64,000 nt of DNA from positions 620,001-684,000 of the forward strand of contig CAUYUJ010000003.1 in assembly GCA_963575745.1 (NCBI GenBank), read 5' to 3'. A program made the position numbers and the translations under genes. This document shows positions 13,255 through 26,692 of this stretch, one piece after another (position 1 is the stretch's first letter; each line of letters starts with the position of its first letter). This DNA comes from Prorocentrum cordatum (Eukaryota). The notes beneath the pieces are model-generated. The model ran no database searches and was not told the origin of the DNA. It saw nothing but the letters and a program-made list of their open reading frames with translations.

Positions 13255-13383
13255 ATAGTAGTAGTAATAGTAGTAGTAGTAGTCGTCGTAGTAGTAGTAG
13301 TAGTAGTAGTAATAATAGTAGTGGTAGTAGTAATACTGGTAGTAGTAATAGTAATAGTAGTCATAGTGGTAGCCGTAGTCGAG

Positions 13384-13432
<49 letters not shown>

Positions 13433-13438
13433 AAGTAC

Positions 13439-13526
<88 letters not shown>

Positions 13527-13570
13527 CGTAGTAATAGTAGACGCAGTACTCGTAGTAATAACAGCCGTAG
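11806..13570. repeat. Degenerate (TAG)n array with an embedded (CAG)n run
   Basis: gtagtagta throughout, with cagcagcag at about 13147-13177. Confidence 0.96.
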
Positions 13571-13841
13571 TTCTATAAGTCGTGGGAATGAAACTGCGGA
13601 TGCGAATGGGAAGAATACCTACAATCATCGTCATACAAAAAAGTAGGATGCCGCCTACGTCGTGCGGTAAACTAGCAACGGGAAACGTCTCGCCGTTCTT
13701 GGCCCCTGGGTGGCCCTCGAGCCCTCACCCGGCCCCAGGGCCGTCAGACACGACTCGGGATTTAAAGCCGATCCCCAGGAAGGGGCGCAGACCTCTGGGG
13801 AGCCACGTTGCGAAAAACACACGACGTCGGATATCGTGGAT

Positions 13842-13857
13842 CCTCCTCGTCCTCCTC

Positions 13858-13888
<31 letters not shown>

Positions 13889-13970
13889 TCCTCCTCCTCC
13901 TCCTCCTCACCCTCAGTTTTCCGTCCTCCTCCCTCCTTTTTCCTTCCTCCTCCTCCTCCTCGTCTCCCTC
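13842..13970. repeat. (CCT)n microsatellite
   Basis: cctcctcct runs. Confidence 0.93.
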
Positions 13971-14199
13971 CATCTCGCGGGGAGCGGGGGCGCGGGCAGC
14001 AAGGGGGTCGAGGATGGCAAACATGGGGGTTGAGGGTCGAGCCGTGGGAAGGAGCCCGACATTTCCCTAGACTGGCAAAGGTCGAGGGGCAACAGGCCAG
14101 GCACCGCTCGGCCGACGCAGAATGTTGCTGCATATTTGGCCCTAGCTTCGGCCGACGACACATCGTGGCCCCAGCATAGCTGTGCCTTGCCCGCAAGCG

Positions 14200-14380
14200 C
14201 GACACACATAAACACACACGCACGCAGACAAACACACACACACACAAGCACACTCAAAAACACATACACACAAACACACACACACACACACACACGCGCC
14301 CGCACGCACTGAGCCCAAAAACGCACACACGCACACAGCACACGACTTTCAACACACACATACACCAAATACACCAAATT
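14200..14380. repeat. Degenerate (CA)n microsatellite
   Basis: acacacac runs. Confidence 0.92.
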
Positions 14381-14449
14381 CAAAAGCGGTGTCCCCGCTG
14401 GGCTCACCTCGTTCTCACCCACAACCTCCGATTACGTGTCCTCCTCCTC

Positions 14450-14862
14450 GTCATCATCACCATCATCAGTAGCATCATCATCATCACCACGACCATCATC
14501 ATCATCACCACTATAACCACCAGCATTACCAACACTAGCACGATTGTCCTCCTCCTCATCATCATCCTCATCCTCACCACCATCATCATCGTCGTCATCA
14601 TCTTCATTGTCATCATCGTCATTGTCATCATCATCACCATCATCATCAGCACCAGCACCAGCACCATCACCAGCACCATTACCATCATCATCATCAGTAG
14701 CATCATCATCATGGTCGTCAGTGTCATAATCATCATAAGCATCACCACCACCATCATAATCATCATTCTCATCATCATCACCATCATCAGCAGCACCATC
14801 ATCATCAGTATCACCATCATCAACATCATCGCCACCACTATCACCATCATCATCATCACCAC

Positions 14863-14899
<37 letters not shown>

Positions 14900-14925
14900 G
14901 TCATCATCATACCGTCGTCATCACA
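14450..14925. repeat. Degenerate (CAT)n microsatellite
   Basis: catcatcat/caccat runs. Confidence 0.95.
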
Positions 14926-15429
14926 TCGCCATGTCTCTCCAAACCCTCCAGCTGAACCACATGTTGCCGCAGGTTTGGGTGTCTCCGCGGAACGCCGAAC
15001 TCGAGAGTACTTTTCCAAGGGTCCCTCGGCCAATCGATGATCTCCCTCCCACAGCATCGACTCTCCTCCAGTGGAGGCGCTGGACAGCCCCAGTAGGTCC
15101 AATGTTGAAAGAGTCTCTTCTTCCCGGACGCTCTGCTCCGGGGTCCTCAGCGAAACCACGCGCATTCCGCGCCACGCCCGATGCTGAGCATTCTGTTTGT
15201 GAGGGGTGTTGTTCTTCACTTTTTGCACAGGTGGCCGTCTTTGCTGTTGTCTCACGTGAACATCGTTTCCGTTCCTCTGAATGCGGCGAGCGGCTCATCG
15301 TGTCGCCCGGCCAGACTTGCTTGCTTGCTTGCAATCATGGACGCCCTGCACGCGCACATCAAGCGCCGCTCCGCGTCGGCCTGGCCCCACCCGTAGCCCG
15401 ACCAACAACCTCCGACAGCCCGAACCATG

Positions 15430-15599
15430 GGGCGACGAAAACTATACAGATCCACTGCTCCCAGGCCAGGCCCATCCTGAACCCGTCAGCGGTGTGCACG
15501 CCACGCCCTCATGGCTTGGCCAGGATGGCGTATACGCAGCTCCTGGGCTCAGGATGGTCCTGGCCAGGGAGCAGTGGACATGTATAGTTTTCGTCTCCC
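15430..15599. repeat. Long foldback inverted repeat (70-bp arms, ~22-nt loop)
   Basis: 15434-15503 against the reverse complement of 15526-15595 gives about 58/70 identities with no gaps (counted by eye). Confidence 0.9.
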
Positions 15600-16245
15600 G
15601 AAAACAGGGCGCCGCCCGGGCCTGGCCGAACGAAGCGGAGCGACGCCAGGCCGCGGGCCCAAGCGTGGAGACGAGCGGAGCCAGGCGGGGCCGAGCGGGG
15701 CCACGCCGAACTGGGCGGGGCCAGGCCGAGCCGGGCCAGGACGGACCTGGGACGGAGCCGAGCGGAGCGGCGCCGAGCGGAGCTGGAGCCGAGCCGCGGC
15801 GCGCCGGGGCGGCGGCGGCGCCGCCTCCGAGGCCGCCGCGGGGTGCGCGCGGGGGCTGCCGCGCGCCGCCCCGTTCGGGCGGGCGGCGCCAGGAGGGGTC
15901 TGGGGCGGCCAGGCGCGCGGGCGGGCGGGGCAAAAGTCGTCGCCCACACGTCGCCGCCGTGCGCCGTCAACCGCCCAGGCAGCCAGCCAGCCGGCAGTCC
16001 GTGGGTGAGTGAGGGTTGTGCTCGGCCGCGCCGCCGTGCCTCTTCTTGCTCCTTCCTCTGCTCCGCCCCCCCTCTTCCTCCTCGCTTCCTCGTGCTCCTC
16101 CCTTTGCTCCGCCCCCTGTACCTCTGGTGTGTGGGTATGTGGCTCAAGAATTACCAGACTCCCGATCACACCTGCGTACCCACCACCCAGGGCCAGAGAG
16201 GGCTGCCCACGCGGACCCAGGCTTTGAGACTGCAGAAGCAGGACA

Positions 16246-17144
16246 TGGACACCAGCTGGCGACTCAAGCGAGGAGACACGGCCTTGGGGGGAGTCGAGGA
16301 TCACGGCTTGCAGAAGGTCTTCAGAGGAAAGGGACAGCCAGGCCCCAGCGCAAGCCACGAGGGAACGGGCGAGACGGGCGCAGGGTCCAGCGGCCCGCCA
16401 GACGGAGGGGGGAGGCGCGGCGAAGGAGGTCGCCCGCTCAGCCCCCTGGCAGATTTAGGCCAGTCGATGACATCGCTGCAGAGGCCCTGCCTGCGCTCGG
16501 CCATGGACGTCCGAGAGCTACTGCACATGAACACCGACTTCTGGCTGGGCCCCGCCAAACAGGTTTCTCCCTCCAGTCGCTCGACGCGGGCCGCCTGTAC
16601 AGAGAGAGGGTGCGAGACGCAGGCAGGGGCCACAACTACGGGCCCCCACATGCGCAGGTGGCTATGGCCCTAGTCGAAGGGATGGTCGAATCCTTGGAGA
16701 ACGAGAAACTCTTGGGGGCCCCAGTGGAGACGTACGAATGGGCCCAGCATATCTTGACGGAGTGGCTAGACATGGCGAAGACCTCCAAGAAGCCCCTTCC
16801 AGATCGTCACAGAGACGTTCATGGCCTGCAAGGCGGCGGAAACGTACAACAAGAAGAAAGCCGGCGGCCAGAACGGGAACGGAGCAGGAGCCGAGGACGC
16901 GAAGGGAAAGCTCACCATTGCAGTGAACATGAGCCCCCAGCTGCGCGTGGCGCTGAACGAGACGACGACCAACGAGGACACAGCGAAGCTGGACAACTAC
17001 CGCGCCGACCTCATGAAGCAGGAGATGAGCTGCACGCTTCAGAAGGCGGGGTGGATCAAGAGCGTGAGCGCGGGCCCCAAGACCGAGCTCGAGAGGGTGG
17101 TGGAGAGGCAGCTTCAGGCAGCCACTGGCAGGCGGGCACGTTGA
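16246..17144 (+). pseudogene. Frameshifted coding remnant, possibly a retroelement ORF1-like protein
   Basis: Protein-like, GC3-rich segments are spread over three frames (MDTSWRLKRG..., GPPHAQVAMALVEGMVESL..., MACKAAETYNKK...GPKTELERVVERQLQ...*). No named domain recognised. The ORF1 assignment is an inference. Confidence 0.4.
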
Positions 17145-17799
17145 GTAGGGCACTCTGCGCCTCACAGGTTTACGCAGTTCGCCCAGGCTGTTCCCAGGCC
17201 AGCTCTTGGGCCCCTCCTGCGACGGCTCCCAGGGAGGAAGCCCCCGTAGACGAGGCTAGGTGTCCAGAGACTTCTGTAGGAAAAACGAGAGAGCACAAGC
17301 TAGCCCAGCAAATCATCATGGACCCAGAAAGGCTCGACAAACTCAAACAATTGCAGAAGGAAGCTCTGGAGGCCCCACGGGACGCCTTTACACCTTAGCC
17401 AAGCACTGCAGAGAACAGAAACGAAAGACATTGGAGTTCAACTGGATTGGGAAAGGTGTACCTGCGAAACCAACCCAAAAATGGCTACGTCTGCGTGCAC
17501 TGTACGACGACACCTCTCTCTCCTTTCCTCCCTGCGGTACGATGGGGTCTTCAGTGTAGTGACGTGGCCCTCTTTGGTACGATGATATTAGACAGTACGA
17601 TGCGATACGACTGTGTGAGTTTGTGTTACTGGATCTTACAAGGTTGTGCAATGTGTTATTTGGTTATGTTCAACGGCTAATGTTTACAGTTATGAGCTGC
17701 ATTTTTGTGAGGGGTTGTGTGTTTGCTTCTTCTCCCGCTGGATGGGAAGTTTTCAATAGTTCAAAAATTGTGTTGATGATATCCGTTGTTTAACTCTTT

Positions 17800-18132
17800 T
17801 CGGCGGACACCTCGCTGAATTGCGAGTGCAGGCGCATCGTGAATTGCCGAGAGGAGCTCGCAGAGCGCATCAGCAACCCGCCCCACTTCGTCACGCAGGA
17901 CATGGCCTCTTTCAGGCAGAATCTCTTCAACGTGGTCAGCGCGCAGCAGAAGGGATTGAAGGAGGCCCTGAAGAAGATCGCAATGGCCATGGGGCAGTTC
18001 AAAGCGAGAAGTGCTTTCCCAAAGGAGCCATTCGAGATGCCGGTGCGTAGGCGCATGCGTGACACGCCATCCGCGGGAAGTTCGTCACCCGCAGCAAAGC
18101 CAGGAGAGGACGAGGAGCCCTGGGACCCGTAG
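17800..18132 (+). other. Short coding-like fragment of unknown identity
   Basis: NCREELAERISNPPHFVTQDMASFRQNLFNVVSAQQKGLKEALKKIAMAMGQFK: natural composition with GC3 bias. No clear start or splice acceptor. Confidence 0.3.
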
Positions 18133-18418
18133 CAGGAGCTAGTCACGGAGGGCGCGCCGCTGGATCTCCCCAGGGGGGGGGGGCTTGCCCCCGAAATGGA
18201 ACGAATTGCAACCGACTAGTTCCAATTCCAACCGTTCGGAGCGAATTGCAACCAGAAAAGAGACGAATTCCAACCACAAATGAGACCAATTCCAACCCAA
18301 CCAAAAATGAGACCAATTCCAACCACAGATGGGATCTTCGGAATTCTTCCGGATCCCTTCGAATTCTTCGGAATTCCTCAGGATTATTTACGACTCCTTC
18401 GGAATTCCTTGGGATTCA

Positions 18419-19350
<932 letters not shown>

Positions 19351-19906
19351 GTGCTTACGCTTCGGTGCCCTCTTGCTCATCCCAACGTAGTGCTCGTGCG
19401 CAGACCACAAACTAAGACCAATTCCAACTCGAGCACGCATGTTGGCTTCCAGATCCTCTGCGTTGACATAAGGGGTGCCACTTGGTCTTCGCAGTCGTCT
19501 TGGGCTTCTCTACAATTAAAATCCTATTGTGGGGCTATCCCAAGATGGTTGGGATTGGGCCCAGTTTGCTTGTCGCACTGGTTGGGATTGGTCCCAGTTG
19601 GTTGGGATTGGGCCCAGTGGGTTGGGATTGGGCCCACATGCGGCTTGCCCCCCCCCCTCCTTTCCCTGATCCGTCGTCGGGGACCCCGCCCTCACCCCCT
19701 TTCCCGATCCGTCGTCGGGGACCCCCCCCCCTTTCCCGATCCGTCGTCGGGGACCCCCCCCCCTCCCCCCCTTTCAAAAAGGGGGGAGGGGGGGGGTCCG
19801 ACCCTCCCCACCCCTCTCCCCCCCTCTTTCGGCCGCCAAAATCGACCCTCCCCCTCCCCCCCATTCGCCACGGCGCCCCCGAGCTCCGGAACCCGACCCC
19901 TACCAC

Positions 19907-19970
19907 CCCTAACACTAATCCTCACCCTAACCCTAAAACCTAACCCTAAACGCAAACCGTAACCCTAAAC
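19907..19970. repeat. Short interstitial telomere-like repeat (CCCTAA/CCCTAAA variants)
   Basis: ccctaacactaatcctcaccctaaccctaaaacctaaccctaaacgcaaaccgtaaccctaaac. Confidence 0.65.
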
Positions 19971-21310
19971 AGTACTCACTACTCATTACGCACTACTCAC
20001 TACCCACCACCCACTACTCGCTACTCACTACTCACTTCTCACTACTCACTACTCACGACTCACGACCCACTTCTCCATACCCACTACTCACTAACCACTA
20101 CCCCCTACTCAATACCCCCTACTCCCTACTCATTACTCACTACTGGCAACCCACTACTCACTACCCTCTGCTCAATACTCACTACTCACTAAACACAACT
20201 CACTACCCTCTACTCACTAATCACAAATCACTACTCAATAGCCACTCACCACAAACCACGACTCACTACTCACTACTCACACTTCACTACTCACTACTCA
20301 CTACTCACTGCCCACAACCCACTACCCACGATCCACTAGTCGCTACTCGCTACTCCCTCCTCCCTACACAGTACTCACTACTCACTACTCAATACTCGCT
20401 CCCTACACCCTACTCGCTACCCAATACGTACTCTTCACTACCCAGTACTCACTACTCACTATGCTCTGGCTACTCACTACTCACTACTCCCTACGCACAA
20501 CTCCCAGCAAGCTACTCACTACTCACTATCCAGTACTCAATACTCACTACTCCCTAAACACTACTCAATGCCCACTACTCACTACTCACTAAGCAGTACT
20601 CACTACCCACTAGCCACTACCAACTACTCAGTACTGCCCACAACTCACTGCTCACTACTTACAACTCACAACTCACTGCCCAGAACTCACTACTCACTAT
20701 CCGGTGCTCTCTACTCGCTACTCCCTACTCCCTACACAGTACTCACTGCTCACTACTCACTAGTCACTACTCACTACTCCCTACCCGCTACCCAATACGC
20801 AATATTCAGTACCCACGACGCACTACTCACGACTCACTACTCCCTACTCTCTACTCACTAGTCACCTAGTCACAAGTCGCTACTCAATACTCTTTATGCA
20901 GAGTTCACTCCCCACTACTCACGACATACTATTCACTACTCACAACCCACTACTCGCTACTCCCTACGCACGACCGACTATTCAATACCCACTTTCCCCT
21001 TCTCACTACTCACTACTCACTACTCACTACTCACAACTCCCTGCTCGCTACTCACTACTGACTACTCCCTCCTCACCACTCACTACTCACAATGCCCTAT
21101 TCGCTACTCACTATTCACTACTCGCTACTCCCTACTCGCTAGTCACTACTCACTACTCACTGCCCACCACCCACTATTCACTACTCACTACTCACTACTC
21201 ACGCGCACTTCTCACTCCTCTCTCTTCACTACTCGTTACTATCTATTCACTGCTCACTAGTCAGTACTCACTTCTCACGACTGACTACCCTCTACTCACT
21301 ACTCACTATC
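19971..21310. repeat. Degenerate heptamer satellite (CTACTCA)n
   Basis: cactactcactactca repeated over about 1.3 kb. Confidence 0.95.
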
Positions 21311-22200
21311 CCGAAGCCAGACCCTTCACCTTGCGGGAGAGGCCCTCTCCCCAGCACCCTGTTCGGCGCAAGGGGGGGGAAGGGGGGGGGGTTCAAACCC
21401 CTCCCACCCTTTCCAGCGCCAAGGCGGGGAGGGGGGGGGTCCGAACCCCCCCACCCCACCCTTCAAGGGGGGGAGAGGGGGGGGGGGTCGGAACCCCCCC
21501 CGCCCACTTAAGGGAGGGAGGGGGGGGTTGTCGAAAATCTCACCCCCCCTTTGAAAGGGGGGAGGGGGGGGGTTCTGCGAGCACGCACCCGCTTTTGTGT
21601 ATTCGGGGTGATCCACTGGCGCGCTTTCCTAGTCACGGAGCTGGCAACGATGGCGGCCCACGCTTTTCGGAAAGCAGCTTCGAGAGCATACCCTTTGTCA
21701 ACCTCCACCTCCGACACAGAATGAGACCGAGCATGTGAGGGAGTATGATGCTAACAAGTCGGAGACTGCTTGAGCCGCTGGGCTGGAGGTGGTACTCCTT
21801 AAAACAAAAAGCAACGAACGCAACACTCGCACGGTGCTGTCGCACTATCCGTCGGGAGAATATGTGGGACCTACGCGTTGTGACTGGAAGGGGGCGCTAG
21901 ATACACGAGTGTCTTGGATGCGGGGAGTGACGGAGCTGGGACTGCAATTGTGCAGACCTGCTTACGGCGCGTCGTAAACACTTAAAGGCCTCTAGAGAAG
22001 GGCAAAAGCCCCTTGCCCCTCGGACCTTCCAGAGCCTGGGGGTGGCCCTACCACTACCCATACGACTCGACACCTGCACCCTACTACTTCCGACTCCTGC
22101 TCCGATCGACCCCCCACTCACCAACAAACGTAAAAGGTTGGCTCGCGAGGCTAGTGTTCTACGTGTCTGTTCTGGCATCGAACTCCAGTGAGACGAGAAC

Positions 22201-22935
22201 ATGAACTCGCCTGGCAAGGATGCGATTGTTCTTGTGTGCCGCGGTAGTGCAGATGGGGGCCCAGCGGACGAAGTGGGATCTCCTGAGTACGTCTTTCAAA
22301 AATCAGAAGGTAACAGCAAGGAGACGGGCAGCGCTCTTGGGAAGGTGGCTAGAATGGTGGACAACGGACTGGTGTGCCTCAAGGGGCAAACGTACAAACT
22401 GTCGATGAGCCTCGTTCGCACCCACCTCATGAAGTGCAAGAAGAAGAAGCAGCAGGAGTTCGCAAAAGCAAAGGACCTCCAGTACCTGGGAGACTTGATG
22501 GCAACGATCAGCGAGGCGGAGATGGGGCTTCTTCGGGTGAAATGAGCCTTGACCAATCGCATCATCGGGGTCGAGTCCCTGCCGCCGTCGTAGAAGAACT
22601 GCGATATTGCCAAGGCCGGCGAGTAGTCCTCAAGCTCCTACGAGGACGAGGAGCAATACAAGATGATGTCGCTCGACCTTGGCAGCGCGGAGTCTGATCC
22701 CCAGGGGTCGAAGCGTCCTACGTCGCCTTCACCATTCCCATGGTGGGATACCAGCGATGAACAGACCTGGATTCCATACGGGTGGATCCCAAAGGGCGCC
22801 AGCAAGTGGATCGACTACAACAAGTACGACGACGACAGCTCCAAGACGGCCAACAAGCTGGAGATTGAAGCGCGGAAAACCTCGCACTGCTCGAAGAAAA
22901 CCGAAAACAGCTCGAAAATCACAAGAAACATGTAA
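22201..22935 (+). pseudogene. Disrupted coding-like sequence of unknown identity
   Basis: ORFs 22201-22545 and 22663-22935 are in the same frame, separated by in-frame stops, with protein-like composition. No domain recognised. Confidence 0.3.
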
Positions 22936-23544
22936 TACTGAAGTGTGCGCCCAGAGTCCAGAATGCATCACGACCCCAGATCACTGGTAATATAAGAAAA
23001 CATATTCATATTCGAGTGACGACTAGGGGCCTACCTACGGAAATGTTGGGGGAAGACGTGAGTTGTCTGAGGCCTCTGCCACTACACACGTTTGGAATTA
23101 GTGGACTAATGCCAGGGGTATACTAAAACCACCACGACTCCCAGGAAAAGACTTGAGGGCCCTAGGTGTATGTTTCGGTTTTTGTCTACTGTTCTGGTCT
23201 CACCTTTCCCGTGTCTTTTTCGGCCCCCTAGAGAGTATATGGGGGGACCCTGTCTCCTTTCTCTTCCCTTCGAGGTGTCGTCGTCGTTTCCTCCCTGCTC
23301 GGGCCCCCCCCCATCACCCCATCTGAGGAGTCTGGGGGGAGGCCCCTCTGTCGTGTCTCGCAGGGCTCTCTAGGTAGAGCCTCCTGCAATGGGGCCCCCC
23401 TCTCGGACTCCCCTGAAGGGCGCCCTAGGCCGGCCATAGCAGTTGGCTGGGCCCATTCTATACCCTCGCATAGGCCCAATTCTCTTGCTCACGGCAAGGA
23501 CTTGCCTCCGACGCGCTTATCCTTATCTTTATCCTTATCCGCCG

Positions 23545-24300
23545 CCTCCTCCTGCTCCTCCTCCTGCTCCTCCTCCTCATCCTCCTCCTCCTCCTCCTTC
23601 TCCTCCTCCTCCTCCTCCTCCTCCTCCTCCTCCTCCCCCAAGACGGTCCAAGATGGCCCCAACAGGGCCAAAAAAAACCCAAGAAGGCCCAAGAGGGCCT
23701 CACGAGGACCCCCCAAAGCGCCTCCACAGGCTCAAATTATTGATATTCCTTTTGTTTTTGAACGATTTTAGCGTTCTCGCCAAGTTCGACCCTCAGAGGC
23801 CCATGACGGCCCGAGCAGCCTTCAAGATGGCCCCATGACGGACCAAGAAACCCCCAAGAGGGCCTCATGACGGCCCAAAGATCCCCAAGAAGGTCCAAGA
23901 GGCCCCGAATACGGCTCAAGAGCAGTCCAAGAGGGCCCCAAGGCGGCCGCGAGAAGACCACTGGACGGCCTCCGAAATGGTGAAACGGCGCAGAAGCGAC
24001 CCAAGACGGCAAAGACGCCCCAGGAGGCTCCCAAGAGGCCTCAGGAAGCCCCTCAGAGGCCTCCTACAGGCCCCCAGAAGGCCCCCAAGAGGCCTCCAAG
24101 AGGCCCGCAAGAGGCTACCATGAGGCCAAAAGATACCACCAGAAGGCCTGCGGAATTGTATACGAATCGCACGTTGTTGCTATTTTCATCGGTGTTCGAA
24201 CTTGGCGTTGCCTTCTGCCTCTGAAGGGACCGCGCAGCGCAAGAGCGCCCCAAAATGGCCCAAGACGCGCCAAAGGAGCCCCAAGAGGCCTGTTCGACAT
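23545..24300. repeat. (CCT)n followed by a degenerate CCCCAAGA(T/G)GG-type satellite
   Basis: cctcct 23545-23638, then ccaagatggcccc/ccaagaggcc units to about 24300. A related block lies at 54500-54640. Confidence 0.8.
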
Positions 24301-26581
24301 CCAACTGTGCGAACAGAGGGGAGATCTACGCAATGGTAAAGGATGGGAGGGAGGGGTAGGAAGTCAGAAATGACGCTTGCGCACCTAGCTTGCCCCCCCA
24401 TTTTGCTGCTCCGTTTTTGGGGAGGGGGGACTGGGGGACGGCGAGGGAGGGGAGGCCGCCCAGCTAATTACCCTTGGACCTTGGACGGGGGCGGGGCCTG
24501 CCGCGAGCCTCTTTCGGCGGAGCGAGCGGGAGCACCACGCGCGCGTCGGAGGACCCTGCAACCCGACGTTGCCACAAAAAAATACAGCATCGCAAAGAAT
24601 CACCACCGGAGTCCCCTCATGGACCCCATCTTCCCGCGCCACTTTTCGAGCCGGCTCGATCTGTGACGGCCACGTGCCCCAAACCAGGGCCAAAAAGCCC
24701 GGTGTGAACAAAACTACAACTAAGACGAAGCCAGGACGAAGATACAATCGGGCGAGGTTCAATCGAGAATCTCTAAGATCTGGCGGCTCTGGAAAGATCT
24801 CGGGCGCCGCGGCCTTCTCAGAGCGTCCCGGAACTCTATGAGAGCGCTTTGGAACGCTCTGGAACGGATGTGGGCTCACCCGAACAACGCCCGGATCTCA
24901 TCTCAGATGGCAACGGGTGCTGGACATGGGGGCCTTCCCTCCAGGCAGATTCTTCATTCTGGGTTGTTTCCTGATAGTCCCGGTCCCGTGGAAGGCCCCA
25001 CGAGCCCGAACACGGCCCAAAACCTTGGGACCCGTCTCCCTCACGAGCCGCTTCCCCCATGGCGAGGATCTCGAGGGGGGGCGGGCTCGCCGCGGACGGC
25101 CCGGCCCGACGGGGCCAGCCTCTCTTGGGGGACGCGCTGACCCGGGTCGATGCCAACCCGGGTCAGTTTGGCCTGACAGGGTCCTGCAGGATGCTGCAGA
25201 GATCCCGCAGGATGGCTCGGCGGCGATCCCGGGGGAGGAGTGGAAGGGGGGGCAGGCCTTCTCAGAAGGCGGCGGGTCGGGGATCTACTGGCCCAGGTCT
25301 ATCCAAACCTGGGTCCGCCAGGCTGCAGGACCCTAGGAGATCCTGCAGGATCCTGCAGGATCCTGCACCCAAGCCCGGGTCAATGCGACCCTGGCCCTGC
25401 AGAATCCTGCAAGATCTGGCGCTCTGACTGACCCCCGCTTGCATTGACCCTCGTCTCAAGTCCCCCGAAAGGAGGGCGGGCTCGCCGCGGACGGCCCTGC
25501 CCGACGCGGCGCGAACGAAGGACCCTGAGATCCCAAACCTCGAACGCTTTGAGAAACTCAAGACAAAAGGTTTCTCGCTGTTTCCCGCCTCTGGGGGCCC
25601 TCGCCGGGGCCCGAGGACTGCCAAAAAACGACTCAGGATGATGAAGAGCCAGCTCCAAGGATAAGGTCGAGGCCTCTCGGGGGCCCCGCATTGAGAAACT
25701 CATGACGTCGGGGGTCTGGGATCCTGTCGTCTCCATTTCTTCGAGCCGGGCGTTTCTGCCCAGCTACAGATCGCTCTGGCATGCAAACCGGCGCAGGGCT
25801 GCAGTCGTGATGCTTCACGATGTTGCATGTGTATCGCGTGGTCGGATCTCCGGGTAGGCGACAGCACCATTTTCAATCAGATTTGTGGCGGGCGCCAAAG
25901 CGAGCACGGCATGCTCAACTAAGGCTGTCGCCAGCGCCTTGAGGGCAGCGTTTTCAATCAGACATGTGGCCCCAGCACAGGCCAAAGTACCATTCCGAGA
26001 CAACCGCCTCGCCAACATACAAGCGTCACACCCGCTTCGCGTGGGCTGGGATCGGTGTCGGCGTCGCCGAGGTCCGGATGACTTTAGGTGAGTAGTCCAC
26101 CAAAGGGGGGTGCACTGCGTGCCCCCTTGGGGGCCTGAGCCCTGTACGAGCTCTGGGGGACAACAGTTTTAACCTGCTAGCTAGCCGATTAGCTAGCTGG
26201 TCTTGAGTGGGGGAGGCTCGCGAACCGCACCAGACTTGCCAGTTGGCTGGGCCCGCCTCGAGCAGCGGTTCTGCATGGACTCTTGGGGGGGGAGGAGGGG
26301 AGGAGGAGGATGAGGAGAAGGAGAAGGAGGAGGAGGAGGAGGAGGAGGAGGCGGAGCAGGAGAAAGAGGAGGAGGAGGAGGAAATGGGGGAGGAGGAGGA
26401 GCAGGAGGAGCAGGCGGAGCAGGAGGAGGAGGACGTGGGCCCGGCGGTAGCAGAGACGCGGGGACCGGTTCTGGGCGGAGTCGTGCCGGGCAGTGCGGGA
26501 GAAGAGCCGCCGACGTCTCACCAGGCCGTGCTCCGATCGGCGCACGCGAGCCGAAGGCGCGGCCACGGCGGGGCGGTCGGC

Positions 26582-26692
26582 TCACAGCTCGGCCTCCTCC
26601 CACGGCGCGGTCAGCTGCACCTCGCCCTCGACGTCGTCATCGAAGGCGTAGAAGGGGGCGTCGAGGGCGACCTCCGTGGGCGGGAACACGAG
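26582..26692 (-). CDS. Isolated terminal coding segment (…LVFPPTEVALDAPFYAFDDDVEGEVQLTAPWEEAEL*): last exon or retrocopy fragment
   Basis: About 36 consecutive codons with nearly all G/C third positions, ending in TGA at 26584-26582, followed by a GC-rich UTR-like stretch. Not in the ORF track. Confidence 0.45.
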   Translation of the reverse strand, partial: LVFPPTEVALDAPFYAFDDDVEGEVQLTAPWEEAEL

